A stretch of 63,273 nt of DNA, the filler included, from Stramenopiles sp. TOSAG23-6 (Eukaryota): the NCBI GenBank assembly GCA_900128565.1. It is 11 parts of 11 records of this genome, joined end to end, with 100 filler letters (N's around TTAATTAATTAA, not from the genome) between each part and the next. Parts side by side here need not be neighbours in the genome. Positions count along the whole stretch, not along the records: positions 1 to 8,366 come from LT636460.1; positions 8,467 to 16,748 come from LT636461.1; 9 more parts are not named here. One strand, written 5' to 3'. Of the stretch, positions 1-10,218 are shown piece after piece. Numbering within the stretch: the stretch's first letter is position 1; the number at the start of each line of letters is the position of its first letter. A program made the translations under genes and the position numbers. The notes beneath the pieces were generated by a model that saw only the letters and a program-made list of their open reading frames with translations, ran no database searches and was not told the origin of the DNA.

Positions 1-200
1 TAATTTTTTTTTCATACGAAATTTCGTACCTAACGAATTTTTTTTTGAAATATTTTTTTACAATACTTATATGAAGCTTTCCCTGGAGCATCCTTGCAAA
101 AACGAGAGGGGCAAAATAAGTTTCATATTGTCATGGAGTTTGCAAACGGTGGTAACTTATCCAACTATATTCGCCATCAAGTTATTTCTGAAGCAGATGT
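1..200. repeat. Inverted copy of 8167-8366 (kinase exon plus 3' half of a family intron); probable chimera
   Basis: Positions 1-200 are the exact reverse complement of 8167-8366. The ORF at 94-306 shares its first 36 aa with the kinase and then diverges. Confidence 0.9.
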
Positions 201-287
201 AGAGTCAACAATCTCTGAAGTTAAACGTTCAACTTCCGTCTCAGACTCGAGAGCTCTCCCTTGGAGTGTTCCTGCACCAGCTCCCAT
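196..287 (-). CDS. 5' fragment of a gene with a possible N-myristoylation start (MGAGAGTLQGRALESETEVERLTSEIVDSTS), cut by the chimeric junction
   Basis: ATG at 287 on the minus strand, MGxG-type N-terminus, divergent from the kinesin-14 gene. Confidence 0.35.
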
Positions 288-679
288 GCAGTCACTTTAT
301 TGTTAAATTCTATCTAAGCAAATTCATTAATAAATTAAACGGAGTAGTACGAATGATTCAAAAATCTCTCAATACGAACAAAAATAGTGGTTAGTCTTTA
401 CTCTTGTATTGTGTTGTGCGTATTTGTCTCCTTGTACTATAGGTACCCTAGCTAAGTATAGGTACTTCCCACGTAAGCTATGTACAGTACAGTAGTGTTT
501 TTGGAGGATTTCGGATTTCCGTTAAAAAACGTTACATCCGTGAAAACCCCCACGGTACTAGACTACTCGCGACCACCAAACACAGTACTGTAGTACGCAG
601 TGTGGGGTTCATACCACTGTACCATAGTATATATATTATATAGTTGCTAGTCATAGGAGGAGAGTAACCTAATAGTACA

Positions 680-3600
680 ATGGGTAATGTAGAGGGTCAC
701 CCTGGGACAATAATGCCATCTACAATGGCGGAAGCAAATATGAAATTTGAGTCAAGACTTCACGCAGCTCAAAAGAAGCATGATCCAAATTATGTTCCTC
801 CAAACCAAAGAACCCACGACGAGTGGATGAAAAGACATTCTGACACCAAAAACTGTGACTATTGGATAAATTCACGAACTGGAGAAACAGTATATAAAGA
901 CCCTACTGATGGAGCAAATACACGAATTCCACAGTTGAGTCCTGAATTAAAGGCGGAGGTATTGGATACAGCGGCAAACCAAATTGCAGTCGATATAGCA
1001 CTGGATAAAGCAGAAACAGAAGAAGCGACTCGTTTGTTATTTGATCTAGTGCCAGTATTAGATAAAAAGGAAAGTATAGATATGATGCTCAAAACGCTTC
1101 GCACAAAGCCAATTTCGCCGAATCTACAAGATAAAGAAGGCAATACGCTTTTGCTTTACGCAGCAGAATATAACCACTTTGATATGGCGTATCACCTGAT
1201 TAATACTTGTAATTGTGACGTCAATATTGTGAATATGCATGGTTGTAGTGCTCTACACTTTGCTTGTTCTAGTTATTCTGTAAGAATTGCAGAATTGCTG
1301 CTTCAGTGTGGTATAAATCATGAATTGATAGAATATGACCATGGAGCCACTGCTTTACACTATGCTGCTGGAAAGGATTCACCTGATCTTATTGCCACTT
1401 GCCTTAAATACGAGTGTAACCAAAATTGCCCCGACCACCAAGGCTATTATCCTGTAGATTATGCTAAACAGGCAGGATTGACCAAGAATGTCAAACTTTT
1501 AGAAGCAGGGGGAAACAAAAATCCACCGGCGGATGCTCAACTCTCAAATAGCTTTGAAAATTCCAACGTTGTTGATTTAGTATTCGATTGGGAGGAGTTT
1601 CAAGATGAGAATGGGGATATTTATTTTTATAATACAAAAACTCAAAAGAGTCAATGGGAACGTCCAAATGTTTCAAAAGAGAAAATACATAATAACTTGC
1701 ATCAAGATCAAAGTGATACGCCTGATAATCCAGTTGATGATCATAATGGGTCGGCGTCGAATGTTAGAATGCGTATGGAACATCCTGGTGGAACTAATGG
1801 GGGTTGTAAAAACATTCCATCTGATGGTTTTGGTGTTCAAGATTGGGAAACTTATTCTGATAATGGAAAGATATATTATTACAATAAAAAAACACGTGAG
1901 TCACAATGGGAAATGCCAGTTGCTTTAGCAGCCATATCCGGTAAAGCTCAAGAGGAACATTTAGAAAACGTTGGTACAAATTTAGTAGATAATGGGGATA
2001 CTTTAGCAGCTCTAAAAGCTAAATTTGCAAAGGAACGGAAAGTTCTTCAAGATCAGATTGCATCGTTAGAATCAGCAAATGAACTTTTAAAGCATGAAAA
2101 TGAACAAATTGCGGTACTACAGAAGCATATAGAGGAAGCGAATCAAAACACACAGAAAATGCAAGAAATAGCATCAAAAACAGCAGCAGAAAGTTCAAGC
2201 GCTGAAGAGAATACCCAAGCTCTCGAAGCAATGTCTGCAGTTCATGAACAATCTCTGGAATCACTAAAACAGCAATCAGCTCAAGCACTTTCACAGCTAC
2301 AAATGAAACTTGAATCTAAGGCAAAAGCAGATCTTATGGCAGAGGTGGAAAAAACAAAACAAGTGCAGAATGAGATGGATTTAGCTTTAGCAAAAGCCAA
2401 ATTAAATGAAGATGCTCATGTTGCAGCGTGTAAGAAAGATATGCAGCGTCATATTGATTTATTACAGCATAATTTGGATTTGAAAGAGAAAGAAATCGCC
2501 CAGGCAAAACAAGCACAGGAGGAAGTAGCCGCAGATAAACAGAAGGCTGTCAATGCTGCCATAGAACAATGTCATGCTAAAGCATTAGGAGATTTAATGG
2601 GTACCAAAATGATGGCGAAAATTGGTCATAAGCACGACGAAGCTGAAAAGAAAAAGTTAATGAATAACTTTTTGAAAGAGTCAAGTTTACGACGTAAAAT
2701 ATATAATGAGCTTGAAGATTTAAAAGGAGCTATTCGCGTTTATTGCCGGATGCGACCTGAAAGCCATGCAGAAAAAGAACGTGGTGCTAAAATGTGTATA
2801 ACACTGGCCACTGATGTGCCTTGTCCCCAAGATCTTAAGCTAAAGTTTAATGATGCGGATAAGCCTTTTACATTTGACAGAGTTTTCGGCCCACAAGACT
2901 CCCAAAAGGTTGTTTTCGAAGACACTAGATTATTAATCCAATCTGCTGTTGATGGTTTTAATGTTTGTCTCTTTTGTTATGGACAAACTGGCGCAGGAAA
3001 ATCTTATACAATGATAGGTGCCGAAGGCGAAGGTGTTCCACCAGAACTAAAAGGTATTACACCTCGCGCAGTTGATGAAATATGGGCTATTCAAGCAAGA
3101 TCGCATGGAAAATATGAAGTAAGTGTAGAACTTTCAATGCTTGAATTGTACGAAGATAACTTGTTTGACCTTCTACGACCAGATGACGCAAAAGCGGAAA
3201 TTCTTAAAATAAAAATCGACAAGAAGAACAATGTCGAAATCATGGGAGGCATTAGAGAACCTGTTGAGACCGGTGAAAAACTAATGGAAAGATGGGCTCA
3301 TGCTATGGGACGGAGGCACATTCGCGCAACTAAAATGAATTCAGTAAGTTCTCGTTCGCATTTAGTACAAATGATTTATCTTACAACAGTCCGGAAGAAT
3401 GGTAAGCGCACTGTTGGCAAGTTGACTCTTGTTGATTTAGCTGGTAGTGAACGTACAGAGCGTACAGGTACAACAGGAGAAGGTGCAAAAGAGGCATTAG
3501 CAATAAACAAAAGTTTGAGTGCACTTGGGAATGTAATTAATGCCATAACTACGAACCAGAAACACATACCATATCGGGATTCTAACTTGACCATGCTTAT

Positions 3601-3805
3601 GCGTGACTCAATTGGTGGTAATTCAAAAACTCTCATGTTTGTTAACATATCTCCAGCAGATGATAACTCTTCGGAAACATTTGGATCTCTAAATTTTGCG
3701 TTGAGATGTAAAAAGGTTTGTAATGAAGCCAAACCTGGGGTAAGTAGTAAAGAGTTAGAGGCTTTGAAGCGAGAAATCCAAGAATTGAAAGCACAAATAA
3801 GATAA
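680..3805 (+). CDS. Kinesin-14 (KCBP-like C-terminal motor) with N-terminal WW, ankyrin repeats, two further WW domains and a coiled coil; intronless
   Basis: Neck RKIYNELEDLKGAIRVYCRMRP, P-loop [22 protein letters not shown] and HIPYRDS. Ankyrin motifs GNTLLLYAA, GCSALHFAC and GATALHYAA. WW motifs WEEFQDENGDIYFYNTKTQKSQWERP and WETYSDNGKIYYYNKKTRESQWEMP. Confidence 0.93.
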   Translation: MGNVEGHPGTIMPSTMAEANMKFESRLHAAQKKHDPNYVPPNQRTHDEWMKRHSDTKNCDYWINSRTGETVYKDPTDGANTRIPQLSPELKAEVLDTAANQIAVDIALDKAETEEATRLLFDLVPVLDKKESIDMMLKTLRTKPISPNLQDKEGNTLLLYAAEYNHFDMAYHLINTCNCDVNIVNMHGCSALHFACSSYSVRIAELLLQCGINHELIEYDHGATALHYAAGKDSPDLIATCLKYECNQNCPDHQGYYPVDYAKQAGLTKNVKLLEAGGNKNPPADAQLSNSFENSNVVDLVFDWEEFQDENGDIYFYNTKTQKSQWERPNVSKEKIHNNLHQDQSDTPDNPVDDHNGSASNVRMRMEHPGGTNGGCKNIPSDGFGVQDWETYSDNGKIYYYNKKTRESQWEMPVALAAISGKAQEEHLENVGTNLVDNGDTLAALKAKFAKERKVLQDQIASLESANELLKHENEQIAVLQKHIEEANQNTQKMQEIASKTAAESSSAEENTQALEAMSAVHEQSLESLKQQSAQALSQLQMKLESKAKADLMAEVEKTKQVQNEMDLALAKAKLNEDAHVAACKKDMQRHIDLLQHNLDLKEKEIAQAKQAQEEVAADKQKAVNAAIEQCHAKALGDLMGTKMMAKIGHKHDEAEKKKLMNNFLKESSLRRKIYNELEDLKGAIRVYCRMRPESHAEKERGAKMCITLATDVPCPQDLKLKFNDADKPFTFDRVFGPQDSQKVVFEDTRLLIQSAVDGFNVCLFCYGQTGAGKSYTMIGAEGEGVPPELKGITPRAVDEIWAIQARSHGKYEVSVELSMLELYEDNLFDLLRPDDAKAEILKIKIDKKNNVEIMGGIREPVETGEKLMERWAHAMGRRHIRATKMNSVSSRSHLVQMIYLTTVRKNGKRTVGKLTLVDLAGSERTERTGTTGEGAKEALAINKSLSALGNVINAITTNQKHIPYRDSNLTMLMRDSIGGNSKTLMFVNISPADDNSSETFGSLNFALRCKKVCNEAKPGVSSKELEALKREIQELKAQIR

Positions 3806-4242
3806 GGAATGTATCAAAAGATAATTTATGTTGCCAAATAAAAAAATCGCTTAAGAAAATAATATTTGCTAATTAATGTTTATTCATTCCACCAAACTTT
3901 TGTACATCCATGCTAATTGAATCAATAATAATAATTACACCCAATTTAGAATCTGCCGGTATTTGTAAATTATTAAAATTAACATCACTCATTTGTAAAT
4001 AACCTATATTGATATCGACTGATACCAATAATGATCAACAAGTCTATTGTTTTTTNGTANTTTTATGGNTTTTTTTANAAAAGTCACATAAACATGACCG
4101 GGTAACCGTTTCAACAGAAAAGGCCACGTTTTTAAAAATTTAACGTTGAATTAAATCTAAATCTCATATCTCATCGTCTGCGCATCCGTTAAGATACGGT
4201 TTTCATAAAGAATTTTTGAGTAAACAAACCCAGCGAAAGAAA

Positions 4243-4719
4243 ATGAAGTATGAAACACAACAACAACCACTTGTGGCTACATCAAGTCGCGTATCTGGGA
4301 GCGATAATCCTCTTTTTTGCGTGAGTGTCACAAGTATTGTTCTGAGCATTCTGACGCTGATTGCTGCTGTTTCGGCTGAGACACATGCAGCAGGCATTGT
4401 TGCGGCTCTTACACTGTTGGCTGCTGGTTGTTTTGGACTTTCCGTTGATTGTGGAATGCAGGATTCCAAGAGTTGTATGTGGTTGACTGCAACCATTTTA
4501 TGGGGTGTATCATGTATTGCAACAGTTATTGATGCAATAGTGATGATTGCCTTTATTTCACATTTCGGCAAGTTTTCAGGCTTTCTGAAGATAATGTGTT
4601 ACATGGCCTTGGTAGTGGCCATCCTTGTGGGATTATTTGATGCGTATGCTACATACTCTGGATATAATGCATACAAATCATGCACTGATGGACAACAAGA
4701 GACGAAAAGTGCCGTGTAA
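4243..4719 (+). CDS. Small membrane protein with about 4 transmembrane segments, function unknown
   Basis: ATG at 4243 and four hydrophobic stretches. Confidence 0.6.
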   Translation: MKYETQQQPLVATSSRVSGSDNPLFCVSVTSIVLSILTLIAAVSAETHAAGIVAALTLLAAGCFGLSVDCGMQDSKSCMWLTATILWGVSCIATVIDAIVMIAFISHFGKFSGFLKIMCYMALVVAILVGLFDAYATYSGYNAYKSCTDGQQETKSAV

Positions 4720-5209
4720 CTCCAAGCGTTCCGAATGGCAACTTTTTGCGAATCGTGTATCCTACGAGGATAGCTATCGATATGCATCTTATCAATATTG
4801 TTTTTAATATTAAAATAAAGCTGAATGAGATAAAAATCATTGAAATTGTTTTTAGTATAATTCTAACATCTTAATCACAATATTTGAACTCCGCCTCAAC
4901 CTAAGTATGATTCTAACAACATTTCTAAAAGACTTAAGAAAGAATTGCAATAACGCATTAATTTCTCCATTCAAACACCGTCAAACACATCAATATCTGA
5001 AATAAAGTTCTTTATTTTTATTATTCTCAATATATTACGGAAAATGTTTCTTTCGCAATTAAGATCTCATGTCTCATAAAATATTTGAAGTTATATCACT
5101 TGTTGAATCATCAATAGTGAGAGTTTTCTTCGTTGTTCTACTTGAATAAATAAAGCCAAAAACACAAGATAGCAAAATCTGATGAGAAATCTATCACCTT
5201 TACCACACG

Positions 5210-6248
5210 CTAATAAAATCCACCATCTTCACCATCCCAACCATCCTCTCCATCTTCGCCATCTTCATCTGATTCCTCACTATTAGAACTGTCACCATTG
5301 TCTTCTAAATCTGTATCCTCTTCTGGATCTATTCTCAAACCAAATGAAGAATATTTATCCGGTGGAGAAATTTTTATCAGTTCAATATCAAATACTAGAG
5401 TTGCATTCGGTGGAATTTTGGGGGGTAGACCTATATCGCCATATCCTGACTCGGGTGGGCACGTCACAATGCAAACATTGTGAAAAATATGTCAAATCCG
5501 AGATTTGTCAGGTACGAAATTTAAAATTTGTAAAAAAAATTGAAAATAATGATCAAAACGTACAATGCTGACCTTTACTCATTCGAGGCAAGCATTCTTC
5601 AAACCCACGTATTACTTGTCCAACGCCCACTTTAAATTCCATTGCCTTCCTTTTCCATCGCGTATCAAAAATCATAGTCTTGTTTTCAAGCATACACTTA
5701 AAATGAACTCTAACCATGCTCCCTTTTTTAGGAAAATCTACATTATTTCCTTCAAATACAGTCTCCATCAATGATAGTAAAGGTAAAAGTTCTTCTTCTT
5801 CAGATTCTGTTTCGCTTAAGTAATCGCTATTGTCCTCGCCGTCTGAGAAATCATCCTCCCCTCCATCTTCGCCAACAGAGTCTTCACCTTCATCACCTGA
5901 CTCATAAAAATCGTCATAATCGTCAGCATTTAATTTGGAATCTAGGGTATCTGTTATAGGTAAACTTTTATCGTCGAGTAAAACTGTCTGGGTTGCCCCT
6001 GTATTTTCTATATTGTTATCTATTTCCGTTTGTATGTTCAGTGATTTAGGTTCTGGCAAATATTCACTGAATTCACCCGGCTTTGGTTCAATGTTATCTA
6101 TTTCCGTTTGTATATTCAGTGCTTTAGGTTCTGGCAAATATTCATTGACTACAGTTTCTGTGTTAGGATCTGGGGATATTGTACTTTGGTCCAATATCGT
6201 TGGCGGTGATAATTCAGTGGCAACTGAATTATTTGCTTCATCTCCCAT
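5210..6248 (-). CDS. FKBP-type peptidyl-prolyl isomerase with acidic flanks; exons 6248-5564 and 5472-5210
   Basis: [36 protein letters not shown] and [24 protein letters not shown]. The join MSKGQHCIVTCPP has the same length as FKBP12 MSVGQRAKLTISP. Confidence 0.9.
5473..5563 (-). other. Family non-canonical intron (GT..TT, 91 nt)
   Basis: catt|GTACGTTTT..TACCTGAC..CACAATGTTT|gcatt; removal restores the FKBP domain. Confidence 0.85.
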
Positions 6249-6491
6249 ATTAAATAAAACACACACAACTATACTACGAGTAGTCTTAGGCAATTATCAA
6301 TGATTTTACGGTTACATTTCGGATTTACAAATCAAATCAAATGTATACGTAGGCTAAGGATTTTTTTTTGTTAAAAGCGAAAGGTACATGACACATTATG
6401 ACAAATGAGTAATTTGACTAAATATAAGCACTGTTCACGAAAATTGTACATGAGAATCCTACATCGTGTTTTAGATTATAGTTTGTCATAA

Positions 6492-6617
6492 TTTGTTTAT
6501 TTAGTTATCATATTGAAAAAAGCATTTTATTATTTTGTTTATTTAGTTATCATATTGAAAAAGGCATTTTATTATTTTGTTTATTTAGTTATCATATTGA
6601 AAAAGGCATTTTATTAT
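6492..6617. repeat. Tandem repeat, 3 x 42 bp, downstream of the kinase stop codon
   Basis: Unit tttgtttatttagttatcatattgaaaaa(a/g)gcattttattat. Confidence 0.9.
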
Positions 6618-6644
6618 GCATGTGATTTGAACCATGGTTAAAAT

Positions 6645-8298
6645 TTATTCTTCTTTGCGATTCGTGATCTTGCCTATATTAGGATTAGATAAAGCAGCGC
6701 GTAGCTCCAAAAGTCCAATTCGTTTCTTCTTTTTTTGTACACGAAATGCAGAACTTTTAATATTTCCTCTGGATTTTATGAAGTTTTCCTCATTTTTTTC
6801 TCTTCTAATAATAATATATTTTGATTTTTTTGCAGTCTTTGAAGTGTTTGATGCTTTCTGGGGATTTATACAATGAACTTTTACCTTCCCTTCAGTAGGA
6901 GAATTTGTACTTTTCTGTATTTTGTTCCATATTTGCTGAGTGCTTTCTACATTTGCTTTAGTAATAGATTTTACTGGAACTTTTATTTTGTTTGCTGTTT
7001 TTGGAATATTCGATGCCAATATCGGATACTTTTTCAGTGAGATTCTGTGATCACTCTGCTTTTGAATGACTTTGTATTTATTTTGTACAGACTGCTTTGA
7101 TTCTTTTTCAGACAAAAAAATATGCTGCTGAAGGAAAGCGTTCTTCTCATTACTATTTATCTCGCGTTTTCTTTGGTTATTTTTGTCTTTGCAATTATTT
7201 TGATCAACTGCATAACCTACAATATTTTTCTCTGATCTATTTCTATCTTTTTTATTGTTTTCCTTTCGAACTGCTTTAAGTGCTAGGTAAAACGCAGCTG
7301 TCATAGCATTATGATGGCAATCTAAGAGGGATGAAATGACCAAATGACGATTAAAACCAAAACTTTCGACCATTTGTAGTACTTGAAGCGTAATAGATTT
7401 GCCAAACGTTTCAGAAATAGAAGATATTCCACCTGTTCTACTATTAAATGATTCGTTTGTAAATTTACTAGGAAGCCATCTAGGAGGTGAACTCGAACGA
7501 TTATCTCCCGGAAAGTTGTGAATTTCTAATTTTGATTTACGTGTAGCATTAGTATTGTTCTTCAAATTGCACAACAAAATAGATTTAGACTTTGAAGACT
7601 TTGAAGACTTTCCATACTCATGACCATATCGTGTTTGTTTGAACCACGAATGCGCTAAGCAATCTTGAAGTGTTGCGCGGCGTCGAGGATTAATTGTCAT
7701 CATACAATGAATAAGATTCTGCACAGATACGGAGAGATATCCGGGCATAGATACTCGACCTTGTAAGATTTTCTTGAAGAGAAGTTTTTCTGTCTTTTGT
7801 GCAAATGGTAGATGTCCTGTAAGCATTGTAAACAAAGCAACACCAAGAGACCAAACATCTGAGGGTATTGGTCTATACGGTCGTCTTTGAACAATTTCAG
7901 GTGACATATACGCTGGTGTTCCACAATGATCATTACACATGAATGTATTATTTTGTCTCGGAGGAGTTTTGATGGCTAATCCAAAGTCAGTAAGTTTTAT
8001 TACTATATTGGGACGCAAAGAAGAACATATTGATGCTGAGATGTTTTGTTGTTTTTGCATAGGTTGAATGTCTACAAGCATGTTTTCTAATTTTATATCT
8101 CTATGAGCAATGCCAAGCGAATGCATATATTCCACAGCTTCGAATAAGGGTTTTGCTAGTTGACGCACATCTGCTTCAGAAATAACTTGATGGCGAATAT
8201 AGTTGGATAAGTTACCACCGTTTGCAAACTCCATGACAATATGAAACTTATTTTGCCCCTCTCGTTTTTGCAAGGATGCTCCAGGGAAAGCTTCATAT
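6645..8298 (-). CDS. CAMK-group Ser/Thr kinase (MARK/AMPK-like, with a UBA-like segment), 5'-truncated
   Basis: HRDIKLEN, DFG, CGTPAYMSPE, DVWSLGV; UBA-like MVESFGFNRHLVISSLLDCHHNAMTAAFYL. The exon starts after a family intron (..AATACTT|a tat gaa, giving LYEAF). Confidence 0.9.
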
Positions 8299-8366
8299 AA
8301 GTATTGTAAAAAAATATTTCAAAAAAAAATTCGTTAGGTACGAAATTTCGTATGAAAAAAAAATTA
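8299..8366 (-). other. 3' half of a family intron at the contig end (ends TAC-TT)
   Basis: CATACGAAATTTCGTACCTAAC..GAAATATTTTTTTACAATACTT on the minus strand. Confidence 0.8.
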
Positions 8367-8466
8367 NNNNNNNNNNNNNNNNNNNNNNNNNNNNNNNNNN
8401 NNNNNNNNNNTTAATTAATTAANNNNNNNNNNNNNNNNNNNNNNNNNNNNNNNNNNNNNNNNNNNN
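8367..8466. other. Artificial contig linker (Ns plus TTAATTAATTAA); the same linker is at 16749, 25118, 33472, 41822, 50170, 58503, 59697, 60889 and 62082
   Basis: Identical 12-mer with stops in all six frames, embedded in N runs. Confidence 0.97.
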
Positions 8467-8524
8467 TTTCGTACGAAATTTTGTACCTAACGATTTTTTT
8501 TTCAAATATTTTTCCAAAATACTT

Positions 8525-10044
8525 ATCATGGGGGAGTTTTGAATAGACATGCCTATGATAGTTTAATGTCTAAACTAAATGTCAATGATGATGATTCTAA
8601 TGATTCTAATGATAATGATTATAATGATAATGATAATGATTATAATCATAATGATAATGATTATAATGATAATGATTATAATCATAATGATTATAATGAT
8701 AATGATGATGATTATAATCATAATGCTGATAATTCTAATGCTGATGATTCTAATGATAATGATTATAATCATAATGCTGATGATTATAATGATCATTCTG
8801 ATAATTCTAATGCTAATGATTATAATCATTATGCTCATGATTCTAATGCTGATGATTATAATCATAATGATAATGATTATAATGCTAATGATTATAATGA
8901 TCATTCTAATGATAATTTAACAATTACTAATAATTATCGAGATAATTCTAATGATGCTAGATTCTTGACCAAAAGAAAAACACATCGTCCATATTCAAGT
9001 AACGTAACGAATGAATATAATTCATTCCATAATAATAATAATAATGATAATAATAATGATAATAATAATAATAATAATAATAATGATAAACGGAGTTCGG
9101 AATTTTGTTCCGATTTCGTGTCGACGTGTGATAAGTTAGAAGGATTTAGAGATAATAATAATAGATTTGAACCTTCAACACAATTTCGTGATGATTTGGT
9201 TGATATATTTGAATCTCCTTCGGATAGTGTCAGTTATACCAAAAATACTGAGAAAAAAAATATGCAAGTCTCATATAGAAAAAATGTACATCTCCAACGA
9301 AGGGAAGAATGTTTTCATCATGAATTTCAAATTTACGTTTTTTTCATACGCTATTTTGTACCTAACGATTATTTTTTTGAAATATTTTTGGACATTACTT
9401 GAATGCGGTGGATTTATTTTTCAAGTAAGTGATAAAACAATGGAACGAACCTCGTATAATTTCAAAACATTTTCGTGTCCTTGCAGTGTGTACGGGTATG
9501 TTTTATTTTTTTTCAAATTCGAGTTTTTTTTTCGTACGAAATTTTGTACCTAACGAAGTTTTTTTGAAATATTTTTCCAAAATACGGGGTACAATACATT
9601 GAAAAGGGAACACCATTATTTGTATATAATGTACGCAAACGTTATATTTCAGGACCTTTTATAGCCAGTTCAGGACCTATTAGAGCCACCTTAGATTCAA
9701 AACAACGTGTAATTGTATGTTCTCATTATGAATTTCAAATTTATTTTTTTTTTCATACGAAATTTTGTACCTAACAAACTTTTTATTTTTGTTTTTTCAC
9801 AATAATACATGTAAAATGGGATGAATGTAATTGGTTTCCCCCAGTATATAAAGTAGTCGGATACAATGTGATTCAAACAGGAATTTTACGTTCGGAAGAT
9901 TTTGAGGAGTTATTTCATCATATTTATCAACATAAAAGAAAGTTGAAGAAAAAAAAACGAAAGCATAAAAAACAAAAAAAGAGGAGTAAAAAACGAGCAA
10001 AATTTACATCTCTTGGCTCAACAACTTTCGCTTGGGGCAGATAA
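8525..10044 (+). CDS. Asn/Asp-rich protein with a DCD (development and cell death)-like domain and basic tail; 5'-truncated; exons 8525-9306, 9401-9495, 9588-9714, 9811-10044
   Basis: The spliced product reads ECGGFIFQVSDKTMER..VYGVQYIEKGTPLFVYNVRKRYISGPFIASS, resembling the DCD pattern GG(Y/F)IF..T..E and LPLFLYN..L.G.FEA. Confidence 0.65.
8578..8915 (+). repeat. Degenerate trinucleotide (AAT/GAT/TAT/CAT) coding microsatellite
   Basis: Encodes an N/D/Y/H-rich tract. Confidence 0.9.
9307..9400 (+). other. Family non-canonical intron (GA..TT, 94 nt)
   Basis: gaa|GAATGTTTTCATCATG..TACCTAAC..CATTACTT|gaatgc; GAATG direct repeat; in-frame join. Confidence 0.75.
9496..9587 (+). other. Family non-canonical intron (GT..GG, 92 nt)
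   Basis: tacgg|GTATGTTTT..CCAAAATACGG|ggta; TACGGG direct repeat; join gives VYGVQYIEKG. Confidence 0.85.
9715..9810 (+). other. Family non-canonical intron (GT..AT, 96 nt)
   Basis: att|GTATGTTC..TACCTAAC..AATACAT|gta aaa tgg; the last exon is open to TAA at 10042-10044. Confidence 0.8.
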
Positions 10045-10218
10045 CAAAAGTCCTCGCTGAACTGTATTTTAACAGAGGCACTTTTCAATTAAAATAAAAT
10101 AAAATTGAATGTATAAAACGGTATAAAACGTGTTTCTTTCATTTTTCGATGTTTTATTATAAAAATTATACTGATAATAACTAATTCAGTTATACTACAT
10201 CATTAGTTATCAATATTA

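Noticed and set aside
1-8366. 200-bp terminal inverted repeats defining a linear element or transposon
   Set aside because: The repeat is a piece of kinase exon plus intron, it appears to truncate another gene at a short microhomology, and there is no transposase or polymerase. This is typical of an amplification or assembly chimera.
8367-8466. Recurrent TTAATTAATTAA motif
   Set aside because: It is an artificial linker with stops in all six frames, placed between contigs.
8575-8920. Poly-Ile/Met ORFs and the many short antisense or F/K-rich ORFs in the track
   Set aside because: These are alternative frames of microsatellites, antisense shadows of real genes, or read-through into family introns.
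9307-9810. Regularly spaced repeats as a CRISPR array
   Set aside because: The spacers are exons that join into proteins, the repeats are long and degenerate, the context is eukaryotic, and there are no cas genes.
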